The notes: a model not told the origin generated them from the sequence alone. Positions 41,141-51,494 are shown, counted from the stretch's first letter. The stretch is DNA of 64,000 nucleotides from an uncultured Alphaproteobacteria bacterium (GCA_963822575.1 CAWGHZ010000002.1:327115-391114); one strand, 5' to 3'. Numbers and translations are program-made.

Positions 41141-42240
41141 AGGCCGACGACCGGCGGTTCATGGCGGTCGCCCTCGCGCTCGCGCGGCGCGGGCTCGGCA
41201 ACGTCGCGCCCAACCCGGCGGTCGGCTGCGTGCTGGTGAAGGACAATGTCGTGGTCGGGCGCGGCTGGACCCGGAAAGGCGGCCGGCCGCATGCCGAGAC
41301 CGAGGCCATCCGGCGCGCCGGCGCGGAGGCGAAGGGCGCCACCGCCTATGTCACGCTCGAGCCCTGCGCCCACCAGGGGGAGACCGGCCCATGCTGCGAG
41401 GCGCTGGTCGAAGCCGGGATTGCGCGCTGCGTCGTCGCGCTCGAGGACCCGGACCCGCGCGTCGCCGGTCGGGGCCTCGCGCACCTCGACGAGGCAGGCA
41501 TCGAAGTCACCGTCGGCACCGGCGCGGCCGCGGCCGAGGCGGTCAACGCCGGGTTCCTCATGCGGGTGCGCGAGGGGCGGCCGCTGGTGACGCTCAAGCT
41601 CGCCACCACGCTCGACGGCCGCATCGCCACCCGCACCGGCGAGAGCCGCTGGATCACCGGCGCGCCGGCGCGCGCCTGGGCGCATCTCCTGCGCGCACAG
41701 CATGACGCCGTGCTGATCGGCTCGGGCACGGTGGCGGCCGACGATCCGATGCTCGACTGCCGATTGCCGGGGCTCGGCCACGTCTCGCCGGTGCGTGTCG
41801 TCGCCGCCGGCCGACTCGCGCTGCCGCTGACCGCGCGACTGGTCGCGACGGCGCGCAACGTGCCGACATGGATCGCCATGCTGCCCGATGCGCCGGAGGA
41901 GCGGCGGGAGGCGCTGCGAGGAAGCGGGGTCGAGGCCATCGAGATCGAGCCCGACGCGGACGGCTATGTCGACCTCGCGGCGCTGCTGGCGGCGCTCGGC
42001 GCGCGGGGCATCACCCGCATCCTGTGCGAGGGCGGCAGTCGCATCGCCGCCGCCCTGCTCCGCGCCGGGCTGGTCGACCGGCTGGTGTGGTTCCGCGCGC
42101 CGATGCTGATCGGCGGCGACGGGGTGCCGGCCGCCGAGGCGTTCGGCGTCGACGCGCTCGACCGCGCCGCCGCCTTCCGCCGCACCGCCGTCCGTCCCGT
42201 GGGCGACGACATCTGCGAAACCTACGCAGCGCGGCTGTGA
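41125..42240 (+). CDS. ribD: Bifunctional riboflavin biosynthesis deaminase/reductase RibD (GTG start overlapping the nrdR stop)
   Basis: CMP/dCMP deaminase zinc motif (HAE...[11 protein letters not shown]) and C-terminal RibD reductase domain. Conserved nrdR-ribD synteny. Confidence 0.85.
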   Translation: MAPATEADDRRFMAVALALARRGLGNVAPNPAVGCVLVKDNVVVGRGWTRKGGRPHAETEAIRRAGAEAKGATAYVTLEPCAHQGETGPCCEALVEAGIARCVVALEDPDPRVAGRGLAHLDEAGIEVTVGTGAAAAEAVNAGFLMRVREGRPLVTLKLATTLDGRIATRTGESRWITGAPARAWAHLLRAQHDAVLIGSGTVAADDPMLDCRLPGLGHVSPVRVVAAGRLALPLTARLVATARNVPTWIAMLPDAPEERREALRGSGVEAIEIEPDADGYVDLAALLAALGARGITRILCEGGSRIAAALLRAGLVDRLVWFRAPMLIGGDGVPAAEAFGVDALDRAAAFRRTAVRPVGDDICETYAARL

Positions 42241-42247
42241 AGGCCTG

Positions 42248-42836
42248 ATGTTCACCGGGATCGTCACGGATATCGGCCGGGTGCGCCGAGATCGAGAAGG
42301 CGGGCGACACGCGCTTCGCCATCGAGACCGCCTACGACACGGCCGGCATCGAGATCGGCGCCTCCATCGCCTGCGCCGGCCCGTGCCATACGGTGGTGGA
42401 CAAGGGACCGGGCTGGTTCGCCGTCGTCTCCTCGGCCGAGACCCTGGCGCGCACCACGCTCGGGACCTGGCGGGTGGGCACGCGGGTGAACCTGGAGCGT
42501 TCCCTGAAGGTGGGCGACGAGCTGGGCGGGCACCTCGTTTCCGGCCATGTCGACGGCGCGGCGCGTGTCCTTGACACAAGCCCGGAGGGCGATAGTGTTC
42601 GCTTCGCCTTCGAGGCCCCGGCGGAGCTGGCGCGCTTCATCGCGCCGAAGGGGTCGGTCGCGCTCGACGGCGTGTCGCTCACCGTCAACGAGGTGGACGG
42701 GGCCCGATTCGGCGTCAACGTCATCGCCCACACGCGGGCCATGACGACCTTTGCGGAACGCGGGCCGGGCGATCGGGTCAATTTGGAGATCGATGTGCTG
42801 GCGCGCTACGTCGCGCGGCTGGCGGAGGGACAGTAG
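42248..42836 (+). CDS. ribE: Riboflavin synthase alpha subunit with an apparent +1 frameshift near 42287
   Basis: [12 protein letters not shown] in one frame. The lumazine-binding repeats (…[10 protein letters not shown]…[11 protein letters not shown]…) lie in the adjacent frame. There is an extra c in cgccgagatc. Confidence 0.8.
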
Positions 42837-42838
42837 CG

Positions 42839-44059
42839 GTGGCGGAGAGGTCGGGTGCGGAGCTGAAGCGCGTGAGCCTGGACGACGTCCACGCCGCCTT
42901 GTCGCCGATCGAGGAGATCATCGAGGACATCCGCAACGGCAAGATGTTCATCCTCGTCGACGACGAGGACCGCGAGAACGAGGGCGACCTGGTCATCCCG
43001 GCGCAGATGGCGACGCCCGACGCGATCAACTTCATGGCGCAGCTACGGCCGCGGGCTGATCTGCCTGGCGCTGACGCCGCAGCGGGTGAACGAGCTCGGC
43101 CTGCCGCTGATGTCGCGCCACAACGAGACGCGCATGCAGACCGCCTTCACCATCTCGATCGAAGCGCGCGAGGGGGTGACCACCGGCATCTCGGCGTCGG
43201 ACCGGGCGCGCACCATCGCCGTCGCCATCGACCCGACAAAGGGGCGGCGCGACATCGTCACGCCCGGCCACGTCTTCCCGCTGGTCGCGCGCGAGGGCGG
43301 CGTGCTGGTGCGCGCCGGCCATACCGAGGCGGCGGTCGACATCGCCCGCCTCGCCGGGCTCGAACCCGTCGGGCGTGATCTGCGAGATCATGAACGACGA
43401 CGGCACCATGGCGCGCCTGCCGGACCTGGTGGCCTTCGCCCAGCGCCACGGCCTCAAGATCGGGACCATCGCCGATCTGATCGCCTACCGCCGGCGCAAC
43501 GACACCATCGTCGAGCGCATCATGGAGACCGACATCACAGCTGCGCCACGGCGGCAAGTTCCGGCTGATCCTCTACGTCAACAAGGTGTCCTACGCCGAG
43601 CACATGGCGCTGGTGAAGGGCGACGTCTCGGGCGACGAGCCGGTGCTGGTGCGCATGCACGCCGTCAACGCGCTCGACGATCTGCTGCACGACACGGCGG
43701 TCGGGCGCGGCGACTGGCTCGAGGCCGGCATGCGCGCTATCGGCGAGGCCGGGCGCGGCGTGATGGTGCTGATCCGCGAGTGGCAGCCGAACATGTTGTC
43801 CAAGCTGGTGCGCCAGCGCTATCACCTCTATTCCGACGTCGGCACCGGCACCGAGCTCGATGCCATGCACACCCCGCCGGAGCACGAGGAGCCGGGCCCG
43901 CCGGCGCTGCGCGACTACGGCGTCGGCGCGCAGATCCTGCTCGATCTCGGCGTGCGCGACATGGTGCTGCTGTCGAACGTCAGGCGGCCCATCGTCGGGC
44001 TCGAAGGGTACGGGCTCCGCATCGTGGAGCAGCGCCCGATCCCCGGAACGGAAGAGTAG
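42839..44059 (+). CDS. ribBA: RibBA-like protein (DHBP synthase plus a GTP-cyclohydrolase-II-like C-terminal domain) interrupted by three apparent +1 frameshifts (~43045, ~43365, ~43539)
   Basis: RibB motifs ([50 protein letters not shown]) and a C-terminal domain continue across four ORF fragments in alternating frames. Each junction is explained by one extra base. Confidence 0.75.
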
Positions 44060-44060
44060 C

Positions 44061-44525
44061 ATGGCCGACGCGCCGCACATCATGGTCGTCGAGGCGCGCT
44101 TCTACGACGACATCGCCGACGCGTTGATGAACGGCGCGCTCTCCGCGCTGGAAAAGGGCGGCGCGACGTACGAGCGGTTCCAGGTGCCAGGCTCGTTCGA
44201 GCTGCCCGCCGCCATCGCCATCGCCGTCCGCAGCCACGAATTCTTCACCGCGCGCCGGCGGTTCGACGGCTATGTCGCGCTCGGCTGCGTGATCCGCGGC
44301 GAGACTTCGCACTACGACCTCGTCTGCAACGAGAGCGCGCGCGCCCTGCAGGACCTCGCCTGCCGCTACGCGCTGGCGCTGGGCTATGGCATCCTCACCT
44401 GCGAGAACCGCGACCAGGCGATGGAGCGCGCGCGCATGGACCGCAAGGACCGGGGCGGCCACGCGGCGCGCGCCTGCCTGGCCATGGTCGAGCACAAGCG
44501 CCAGTTCCGCCTGTACCCCCGATGA
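44061..44525 (+). CDS. ribH: 6,7-dimethyl-8-ribityllumazine synthase
   Basis: 154-aa intact ORF with a lumazine synthase fold signature ([16 protein letters not shown]). It follows ribBA directly. Confidence 0.85.
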   Translation: MADAPHIMVVEARFYDDIADALMNGALSALEKGGATYERFQVPGSFELPAAIAIAVRSHEFFTARRRFDGYVALGCVIRGETSHYDLVCNESARALQDLACRYALALGYGILTCENRDQAMERARMDRKDRGGHAARACLAMVEHKRQFRLYPR

Positions 44526-45022
44526 CCGCGCCGTCGCGCCGCGGCGGGGGCGCCCGGCGCCGTACGGGCGAACGGCTCGGCGCAGCCCGGCTCGCCGCGG
44601 TGCAGGCGCTCTACCAGGGCGAGTTGCGCGGCGCCGACGCGGAATCGCTGGTTGCCGAGTTCCGCCACCACAGACTCGGCCAGGACATCGACGGCGCCGA
44701 GGCCATCGCACCCGACGAGGAGCTGTTCTGCGAGATCGTGCGCGGCGCCATGGCCGAGCGCGAGAGCCTCGACGCTCTGATCGCCGACGCCCTGCCGCCC
44801 GCCTGGCCGCTCGCCCGGATCGAGGTGATCCTGCGCGCCATCCTGCGCTGCGGCGCGTGGGAGCTGAAGGCGCGGCTCTCCATGCCGGCGCGGGCCGCCA
44901 TCAACGAGTATGTCGAGATCGGCCACGCCTTCTTCTCCGGTGCCGAGCCGAAGATGGTCAACGCGGTGCTCGACGCGCTCGCCCGCCGCCTCCGCCCCGG
45001 CGAGCTGGAGGCGAAGCGGTAG
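44522..45022 (+). CDS. nusB: Transcription antitermination factor NusB
   Basis: ATGA overlap with ribH. NusB helical core is present. Conserved ribH-nusB-thiL order. Confidence 0.9.
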   Translation: MTAPSRRGGGARRRTGERLGAARLAAVQALYQGELRGADAESLVAEFRHHRLGQDIDGAEAIAPDEELFCEIVRGAMAERESLDALIADALPPAWPLARIEVILRAILRCGAWELKARLSMPARAAINEYVEIGHAFFSGAEPKMVNAVLDALARRLRPGELEAKR

Positions 45023-45053
45023 ATAGCAACAAGAGTTGAAGAAAACGTTGTAG

Positions 45054-46034
45054 ATGACTGACCTTCCATCCGAATTCGAGTTGATCGCGCGGTACTTCGC
45101 GCCGCTGGCGACGGCCGAGGCGGCGCGCGGGCTCGGTGACGACGTGGCGGTGCTGGCTCCGGCCGCGGGGATGGCGCACGTGCTCACCGTCGACACCATC
45201 GTCGAGGGCGTCCACTACCTGCCGGACGACCCGCCCGCCCTGGTGGCGCGGAAGCTCCTGCGGGTGAATCTCTCCGACCTCGCCGCCAAGGGCGCGCGGC
45301 CGGTGGGCTACCTTCTCGCCGCCTCGTTCGGCGGATCGGTGACGGCAGCGTGGCTCGAAGAATTCGCCGCGGGCCTCGCCGCCGACCAGCAAGAGTTCGG
45401 CCTCTCGCTGCTCGGCGGCGACACGACGGCCAACCCCGGCCCGACCACCCTCACCGTCACCGCCATCGGCGATGCGGCGGCGGACGGTGTGGCGTCGCGC
45501 GCCGGCGCCAGGCCGGGCGAGGGCATCTATGTCAGCGGCACGCTGGGCGACGCGGCGCTGGGGCTGCGCGTCCTCAAGGGCGAGCTGGCGGGGCTGGAGG
45601 TGGCCGACCGCGACTACCTCGCCGACCGGTTCCGCCTGCCGCGGCCGCGCCTCGCGCTCGGCCGGGCGCTGGCGGGCGTGGCGACGGCGTCCATCGACAT
45701 CTCCGACGGGCTGATGGCCGATCTCGGCCATGTCTGCGAACGCTCCGGCGTGAAGGCCGAGGTGGCGCTCGAGGACATCCCGCTTTCTGCCGCCGCGCGC
45801 CGCGCGCTCGCCGCCGCCCCGGCGCTGCGTGACGACGTGCTCGGCGGCGGCGACGATTACGAGATCCTGTTCACCGCCTCGCCCAACGCCGAGAAGGCGC
45901 TGACCGAGGCCGCGCTCGCCGCCCGGCTCGCCTTCTCGCGCATCGGCACGATCCGCGCCGGGAGCGGCATAGAGTTAACCGACCGCACGGGCCGTCCGGT
46001 CGACGTGAGACACGCTGGATTCCGCCATTTTTAG
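45054..46034 (+). CDS. thiL: Thiamine-monophosphate kinase
   Basis: AIR-synthase-related N and C domains (LGDDVAVL, LLGGDTT, SGTLGDAALG). Confidence 0.85.
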   Translation: MTDLPSEFELIARYFAPLATAEAARGLGDDVAVLAPAAGMAHVLTVDTIVEGVHYLPDDPPALVARKLLRVNLSDLAAKGARPVGYLLAASFGGSVTAAWLEEFAAGLAADQQEFGLSLLGGDTTANPGPTTLTVTAIGDAAADGVASRAGARPGEGIYVSGTLGDAALGLRVLKGELAGLEVADRDYLADRFRLPRPRLALGRALAGVATASIDISDGLMADLGHVCERSGVKAEVALEDIPLSAAARRALAAAPALRDDVLGGGDDYEILFTASPNAEKALTEAALAARLAFSRIGTIRAGSGIELTDRTGRPVDVRHAGFRHF

Positions 46035-46166
46035 GGCGCGGCCCGCGGCCCTGCGGCGCTCGGTCGCAAGTCACCCTTGTTGCAAGCGCAATTGCGCCCT
46101 CCGTCAAACTCCTTTAACAATTCCACCGCGCGGCCTGAAATCAAATACGAATCAGGGACGAACCCC

Positions 46167-46745
46167 ATGCTGGCGATGCAGTACTCCATTCGACTGGCCT
46201 CGGACTTCGACGAGGCGCGCCTGCGCCAGCGTGTCGCCCAGCGCGGCCACCTGTTCGACAACATGCCGGGCCTCGCCCACAAGGCCTTCCTGTTCAACTC
46301 CGAGCGCCATCTCTACGCCCCGTTCTACGTCTGGTACGACCACAAGAAGGCGCGCGAGTTCCTGCTCGGCGACATCTTCGCCGATGTGACCAATTCGTTC
46401 GGCCGGCCGCGCGTGCGCATGTGGGGCTGCCTCGACTTCGACACCGTGCCGAGCCCGCACCCGCCGAGGATCGCGGTGCGCTGCGTCGAGGCGCTGGCGC
46501 CAGATGCCAGGCTCAACGACCTCGAGCGCGACGAGCATGTGCTGCACGAGGCGCAGATCGCAAAGGAAGGCATCTTGGTGCATGCGACCGCGCTCGACTG
46601 CGACCGTTGGGAGCTGGTGCGCTACAGCCTCTGGTGGGACGAAGAGGCGGCGAAGTCGGTGACCGGCGACTGCATCAACACCTACGAGGTGCTGCGTGTC
46701 TCGGGCCCCGCGGTCCACAGCGGCCCGCGCCAGGCCATCGGCTAG
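46167..46745 (+). CDS. Conserved hypothetical protein, 192 aa
   Basis: Intact ORF with host-like codon usage. No family assigned from sequence alone. Confidence 0.45.
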   Translation: MLAMQYSIRLASDFDEARLRQRVAQRGHLFDNMPGLAHKAFLFNSERHLYAPFYVWYDHKKAREFLLGDIFADVTNSFGRPRVRMWGCLDFDTVPSPHPPRIAVRCVEALAPDARLNDLERDEHVLHEAQIAKEGILVHATALDCDRWELVRYSLWWDEEAAKSVTGDCINTYEVLRVSGPAVHSGPRQAIG

Positions 46746-46752
46746 CGGCCCG

Positions 46753-47196
46753 TTGCGCCGCTCAGCCGCCCGGGCGGCCGCGCTCGCCGCCGCGCTTCTG
46801 CTGCTTCCGCCTATTGCCGCGCCCGCCGGCGCCGCGGAACCGCCGCCCCACCCCGCCGGCGCGCCGATGCCCTCGGGCGGCCAGTATTATAAGCTCGATC
46901 CCTTCACCGTCCCGGTCATGTCGCGCACCGCCGTCGTGCGCCACCTCACCTTCATCGTGACGCTCGAGCTCAAGGACGACAGCATGCGCGCAGTCGTGCA
47001 AAGCCGCCTGCCGATCCTGCGCCACGCGCTCAACACCGCGCTCTTGCAGCTCGTCGGCGTCGAGCGCGCCGACGGCACGCTGCCGCCCATCGCCGCGATC
47101 AAGACCCGCATGCTCGACGTCACGCGCGAGGTGACCGGTCCCGACGCGGTGCACGCGCTCCTGATGGAATCGGTCTACGAGCGCCGGCTCAGGTAG
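46753..47196 (+). CDS. Hypothetical secreted/membrane-anchored protein, FliL-like C-terminal region (TTG start proposed)
   Basis: N-terminal hydrophobic/Ala-rich signal-like segment, then the region YYKLDPFTVPVMS...RHLTFIVTLELKD, reminiscent of the FliL family. Confidence 0.35.
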   Translation: MRRSAARAAALAAALLLLPPIAAPAGAAEPPPHPAGAPMPSGGQYYKLDPFTVPVMSRTAVVRHLTFIVTLELKDDSMRAVVQSRLPILRHALNTALLQLVGVERADGTLPPIAAIKTRMLDVTREVTGPDAVHALLMESVYERRLR

Positions 47197-47210
47197 GCGT
47201 CCAAAGACTG

Positions 47211-48746
47211 TCATTCCGCCCGGTGCGTGTCGGCGAAGGCGCGGAGGTCGGCGTTGAGTGCCTCGTCGTTGACGATGCGCGGCACCTTGTTCTGCCCGCC
47301 GAGGCGGCCGCGGCGCTTCATCCATTCCGCGAACCCGCCGGGCCGCAGCACCACGACCGACGGCGCATCGAGCCCATATCCGCCGGCGCGGTGCGCCGCG
47401 TAATCCTCGTTGGTGGCGGACAGCGTGGTGTCGAGCGCTGCCGCGAAATCGGCGATGCGTGCCGGGTCGGCCACCGCCACGGCGAATTCGACCACGTAGA
47501 GGTGGCGCCCGCGCACGCCGCGCTCTGCCGGAAAGACCGGCCCGACCGAATAGTCGACCACCGTCGCACCGATTTTCGCCGCGGCCGCCGTCACCGCCTC
47601 CTCGATCTCGGAATCGATCAGATGCTCGCCGAACGCCGAGAGCGTGTAGGTCGTGCGACCGGTGACCAGGAGCCGCGGCGGATCGCGCGAGACGAGCTTG
47701 ACCGTGTCGCCGACGATGTAGGACCAGCAGCCCGCGTTGCTCGAAAGAACGACCGCGTAGTTCACCTCGGGCTCGGCGTCGGCGATCCAGTGGCGCGTCG
47801 GGTTGGCGCTCCCTAGCTCGTCCACCGGGACGAACTCGAAGAAGAGGCCGTTGTCGAGCGTCAAGCGCATCCCCTCGCCGGGGCCGCGGTCGGCGGCGGC
47901 GACGAATCCCTCGCTCGCCGCGTAGACCTCGCGCGTTTCGGCATGGCCGCCTTCCATCAGCGCCGCGAACCGCGCGCGATAGGGCGCGAAGCTGACGCCG
48001 CCATGGGCGATCCCCTCGAGCTTCGGGTAGAGGTCGGCGAGGCGGTGCGACGTGCCGGCAATCTCAGCCACCTTGTCGAAGAACAGCAAGAGCCAGGACG
48101 GCGTGCCCGAGATCGAGCGGATGTCGGCGCGGAGCGAGCCCGCGGCCATGCGGGCGACTTTTTCCTCCCAGTCGGCGAGCAGCGCGGTCTCGCGCGGCGG
48201 GTAGAAGCGGGGCCGCGCCCAGAACGGTACGTTCGCCGCCGCGATGCCGCTGAGGTCGCCCGAATAGATGCCGGGCGCCTGCTCCTCGAGATCGGTCGAG
48301 CCGCCGAGCATCAAATTGCGGCCGGCGAGGATCCGGCTCTTCGGCCGGTTGGCGACGTGGAAGGTGAGCATGTCGGCCGCGGCGCGGGTGTTGGCCCGTA
48401 CCATCTCGGACGAGCACGGGATGTACTTGGTGACGCCCGTCGTCGTGCCCGAGGTGACGGCGAAATAGGGGATGGTGCCGGGCCAGGTCACGGCATCGAG
48501 GCGCGGGAACCCGTCCTTCCAGTAGGCGGCCCAGAAATCCTCGTAGCGCCGCAGCGGCACGCGCGCCTGGAAGTCCTTCACGGTGCGGATCGTGCCGAAC
48601 CCGTGGTCGCGGCCGAAGCGCGTATCGGCGGCGGCGTGCAGGAGCTTGCGCAGCTCACGCTCCTGCGCCGCCACCGGATCGAGCCGCGCGAGCTGGCCGA
48701 GGCGCATGCGCGCATAAAGACGGAGGAGGGGCGTCGCGTCGAGCAT
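47211..48746 (-). CDS. GH3-family (auxin-responsive-promoter/JAR1-like) acyl-acid amido synthetase homolog, 511 aa
   Basis: Adenylate-forming motif FAVTSGTTTGVTKYIPCSSEM (SSGTSxGxxKxxP-like) and an overall GH3 architecture. The upstream Arg-rich part of the listed ORF is out-of-frame readthrough. Confidence 0.7.
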   Translation of the reverse strand: MLDATPLLRLYARMRLGQLARLDPVAAQERELRKLLHAAADTRFGRDHGFGTIRTVKDFQARVPLRRYEDFWAAYWKDGFPRLDAVTWPGTIPYFAVTSGTTTGVTKYIPCSSEMVRANTRAAADMLTFHVANRPKSRILAGRNLMLGGSTDLEEQAPGIYSGDLSGIAAANVPFWARPRFYPPRETALLADWEEKVARMAAGSLRADIRSISGTPSWLLLFFDKVAEIAGTSHRLADLYPKLEGIAHGGVSFAPYRARFAALMEGGHAETREVYAASEGFVAAADRGPGEGMRLTLDNGLFFEFVPVDELGSANPTRHWIADAEPEVNYAVVLSSNAGCWSYIVGDTVKLVSRDPPRLLVTGRTTYTLSAFGEHLIDSEIEEAVTAAAAKIGATVVDYSVGPVFPAERGVRGRHLYVVEFAVAVADPARIADFAAALDTTLSATNEDYAAHRAGGYGLDAPSVVVLRPGGFAEWMKRRGRLGGQNKVPRIVNDEALNADLRAFADTHRAE

Positions 48747-48760
48747 GGCGCCCGCCGCGC

Positions 48761-49183
48761 TCAGCCCTTCTTCGGCAGTGTCGCGCTGAAGAAGCTGCCG
48801 CGGCCGGAGGCGACTAGCTTGCCCTCGAAATCGAGGATGCGGGTCTCGGCGGTCGTCACCGTCGCGCCGGGTTTGACCACGCGCGACCGGGCGACCAGCC
48901 GGCCCGGCTTTGCCGGCAGATGGTAGTCGACCCGCAGGTTGATCGTCGGCACCGGGTTGCCGAGCCGCGCGGCGATCGCGTACTCGGCCGCCATGTCGAT
49001 CAGCGTGGCGAGGACGCCGCCCTGGCAGGTACCCGGCGCGCCTTCGAACTCGTCGCGCCACGGGCATTCGACCTCGACCCACTCGTCCTCGACGGCGACC
49101 AGCCGCACGCCGAGCCAGTTATGGAAGCCGTTGGCAAAGCGCCGCTCCAGGCGCTTGAAGATCTCGTCGTTGGTCTCGGCCAT
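48761..49183 (-). CDS. PaaI/YbgC-type hotdog-fold thioesterase, 140 aa
   Basis: Hotdog signature (GGVLATLIDMAAEYA...GRLVARSRVVKPG). Only 14 nt upstream of the GH3 gene on the same strand. Confidence 0.7.
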   Translation of the reverse strand: MAETNDEIFKRLERRFANGFHNWLGVRLVAVEDEWVEVECPWRDEFEGAPGTCQGGVLATLIDMAAEYAIAARLGNPVPTINLRVDYHLPAKPGRLVARSRVVKPGATVTTAETRILDFEGKLVASGRGSFFSATLPKKG

Positions 49184-49246
49184 CTCGTCCTCTCGGTGGC
49201 GGCGCGTGCGCCCAGGCTGGTATAAGAGGCGGCGGGGCAGGGGGCA

Positions 49247-50215
49247 ATGGCGCGCAGATCCAGTCTATCGAACGCCGGGCTTTCCGTCCGCGCAATGCGG
49301 CCGGCCGATCTGGCCGCGGCGGATCGCGTGCACCGGCTCGCCTTCGCCGCGTTCTTCGGCGCCGACCCGAAAACATTCCGGCCGGAATCGCAGACGGTCG
49401 AGACGCGCTGGCGTACCGATCCGAAGGGCGTGCTGGTCGCCGCCGACCGGCACGGGCGCATCCGCGGGAGCGTGATCGTGATGGGCTGGGGCAAGGTCGC
49501 GGTGCTCGGCCCGCTGACCGTCCATCCCGACGACTGGGCGACGGGCGTCGGCGGCATGCTGATGCGCGCGGCCGAGCGGATGATCGACCGGCGCGGCTTC
49601 CGCCATGCGTGCCTGTTCACCCATCCGCAGAGCCCCGGCCACATAAGGCTCTACCAGCGCCACGGCTTCTGGCCGGGCGCGCTGCACGCGGTGCTGTCGC
49701 GCCCTGTCGCCGCCACGGACCGCGACGCGGACGCCGGGGCCGCGCGGTTCGGCGCGCTGGCCGCGGGGGCGCGCAGAACGGCGGTCGCCGGCGCGCGCGG
49801 CGTGGCCGGCGCGGTGTTCCGCGGGCTCGACCTTACCCGCGAGATCGCGGGCGTCGCGGCGCAGGGGCTCGGCGACACGCTTGTGCTCCGCGACGGCGGC
49901 AAGGTCGCGGGCTTCGCAATCTGCCATTTCGGCTGGGGGTCGGAGGCGCGCGCGAATTCGCTCTACGTCAAGTTCGCCGCCATGCGGCCCGGCGATGCGG
50001 GTGGGTTCCGCCGCCTCGTCATGGCGTGCGAGCGGCTTGCCGCCGAAGCGGGCGTCGAACGCGTCAATCTGGGTGTCTCGACGGCCCGGCTTCCCGCCTA
50101 TCGCGCGCTGCTCGACCGCGGCTACCGCGCCGAGATGTACGGCGTGGCGATGCGCCGTCCTGCCGGGCCCGGCTGGGATCTTCCGGACCGGTTCGTCATC
50201 GACGATCTCAGGTAG
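49247..50215 (+). CDS. GNAT-family N-acetyltransferase (two tandem acetyltransferase-like halves), 322 aa
   Basis: Acetyl-CoA binding-like segment (…VHPDDWATGVGGMLMRAAE…) plus a second GNAT-like half. The start is uncertain. Confidence 0.6.
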   Translation: MARRSSLSNAGLSVRAMRPADLAAADRVHRLAFAAFFGADPKTFRPESQTVETRWRTDPKGVLVAADRHGRIRGSVIVMGWGKVAVLGPLTVHPDDWATGVGGMLMRAAERMIDRRGFRHACLFTHPQSPGHIRLYQRHGFWPGALHAVLSRPVAATDRDADAGAARFGALAAGARRTAVAGARGVAGAVFRGLDLTREIAGVAAQGLGDTLVLRDGGKVAGFAICHFGWGSEARANSLYVKFAAMRPGDAGGFRRLVMACERLAAEAGVERVNLGVSTARLPAYRALLDRGYRAEMYGVAMRRPAGPGWDLPDRFVIDDLR

Positions 50216-50219
50216 CGGC

Positions 50220-50657
50220 CTACTCGCCGCCCGGGCGGGGGCGGCGGAACCACATGGCCAGGTCGAACATGTTGAGGTCGGCGGCGCGCAGGAACTCGCA
50301 CACGCTGGTCACCACCTCGGTCGCGGTCACCGATTCGTCCGACACGAACGGCGCGAAATAGCGGTCCTCGAGCTCGAGCTTGACGGCATAGAGCTTCGCG
50401 CCGGCAGTGAGCAGGCGCTGCACGGCCGCGTCGGAGACCTGGGCCGTCTTGCCCTCGCGCAGCGCGGTCTCGGCGGCCGCGAGGGCCGCCTCGGTCGCCT
50501 GGTCGAGCGCGGCGAAGGGATCGGCGGGGCCCGCCGCCGCGGCAGGCGGGGGGCCGGCCGCGGCCTTCGCCGCCGGCTTCGCCCGCGCCCGAGGCTTCGC
50601 GGCCGGCGTGGCGCGCGGCTTCGCCTTGGGCTTCGCTGCGGGCCTAGACGGCGACAT
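50220..50657 (-). CDS. Hypothetical protein with a basic AKP-repeat (histone-H1/AlgP-like) N-terminus, 145 aa, translationally coupled to the Rieske gene
   Basis: Its ATG overlaps the last codons of the Rieske ORF. The N-terminus reads SPSRPAAKPKAKPRATPAAKPRARAKPAAKAAAG. The C-terminal ~90 aa is non-repetitive. Confidence 0.4.
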   Translation of the reverse strand: MSPSRPAAKPKAKPRATPAAKPRARAKPAAKAAAGPPPAAAAGPADPFAALDQATEAALAAAETALREGKTAQVSDAAVQRLLTAGAKLYAVKLELEDRYFAPFVSDESVTATEVVTSVCEFLRAADLNMFDLAMWFRRPRPGGE

Positions 50658-51009
50658 ACACCTCTCCGTCCTTCACCTTCACCTGGTAGGGCTTGAGGCG
50701 GACGTTCTTGTCGCCCGGATGGCGGCCGGTCGCGATGTTGTACTCGTAGCCGTGCCACGGGCAGATGATGTGAATGTTCTCGTCCGAGAACTTGAGCCCT
50801 TGGCTCGTCTTGTCGACGCCCAGCACCTCCTCGACCTTGGCCAGGATCTTGCCCTGGCACACCGGCCCGCCCTGGTGGGGGCAGTTGTTCTCGTAGGCGT
50901 AGAACTTGCCGTCCACGCGAAACACCCCGATCTCGAGATCGCCCTGGGCAATGATCTTGCGGTCGCGCTCGCCGAACTCGGACTCCTTGCCCACGTACAC
51001 GTCGGCCAT
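50644..51009 (-). CDS. Rieske [2Fe-2S] domain protein, 121 aa
   Basis: Cluster ligand boxes CPHQGGP...CPWHGYEY. Confidence 0.8.
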   Translation of the reverse strand: MADVYVGKESEFGERDRKIIAQGDLEIGVFRVDGKFYAYENNCPHQGGPVCQGKILAKVEEVLGVDKTSQGLKFSDENIHIICPWHGYEYNIATGRHPGDKNVRLKPYQVKVKDGEVYVAV

Positions 51010-51248
51010 CTAGTGGTCTCCTTCGCTCCATCTTGTTGCGGGCGATTCGCAATGGTTTCGCGCGCCCGGCCCGCGGACTTTATCGGAGCGGGTTTGTCCC
51101 TCCAACAGGTTTGTGTGCCTGAGTTTGCGTCTCAAACGCGACCCGGACATATGGCCGCCTGCAATCCTTGCCGGCCCGCCGGACAAGCCCGTAAGATCGC
51201 GCCGATCGTCATCTGCGGCGTCGCGCGGGGGCTGGCCGGGAGACACTG

Positions 51249-51494
51249 ATGGCGAAGAGCGCGCGGTGGGGGCTGGTGCTGGTGCTGGTGGGCGTCATCG
51301 CCAACAACGCGTCCTACCTCCATGACATCATCGTCGACGAGAACGGCGGCATGATCTTCCTCGGCTGGCACGCCGTTGCCGGCATCATCGTGTCGCTGAT
51401 GATCATCGGAATCGGCGTATGGCTCGCCGTGCGTCGCCCGGTGCCGCGCAGAGAGGCTGACCGCTCCGGCAACCCTTCCGTTCGCCCGGAGTAA
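51249..51494 (+). CDS. Small membrane protein (2 predicted TM helices), 81 aa, hypothetical
   Basis: Hydrophobic segments WGLVLVLVGVIANN and GIIVSLMIIGIGVWLAV. It is divergent from the Rieske gene. Confidence 0.35.
   Translation: MAKSARWGLVLVLVGVIANNASYLHDIIVDENGGMIFLGWHAVAGIIVSLMIIGIGVWLAVRRPVPRREADRSGNPSVRPE

Noticed and set aside
39361-44059. Calling glyA, nrdR, ribE and ribBA pseudogenes
   Set aside because: Each break is a single extra base with perfect continuation in the next frame. These are essential housekeeping genes, so sequencing/assembly indels are the parsimonious explanation.
42839-44059. An FMN riboswitch (RFN element) preceding the rib genes
   Set aside because: ribD, ribE, ribBA and ribH are packed with overlaps or 2-nt gaps. 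There is no leader long enough for an RFN element in this window.
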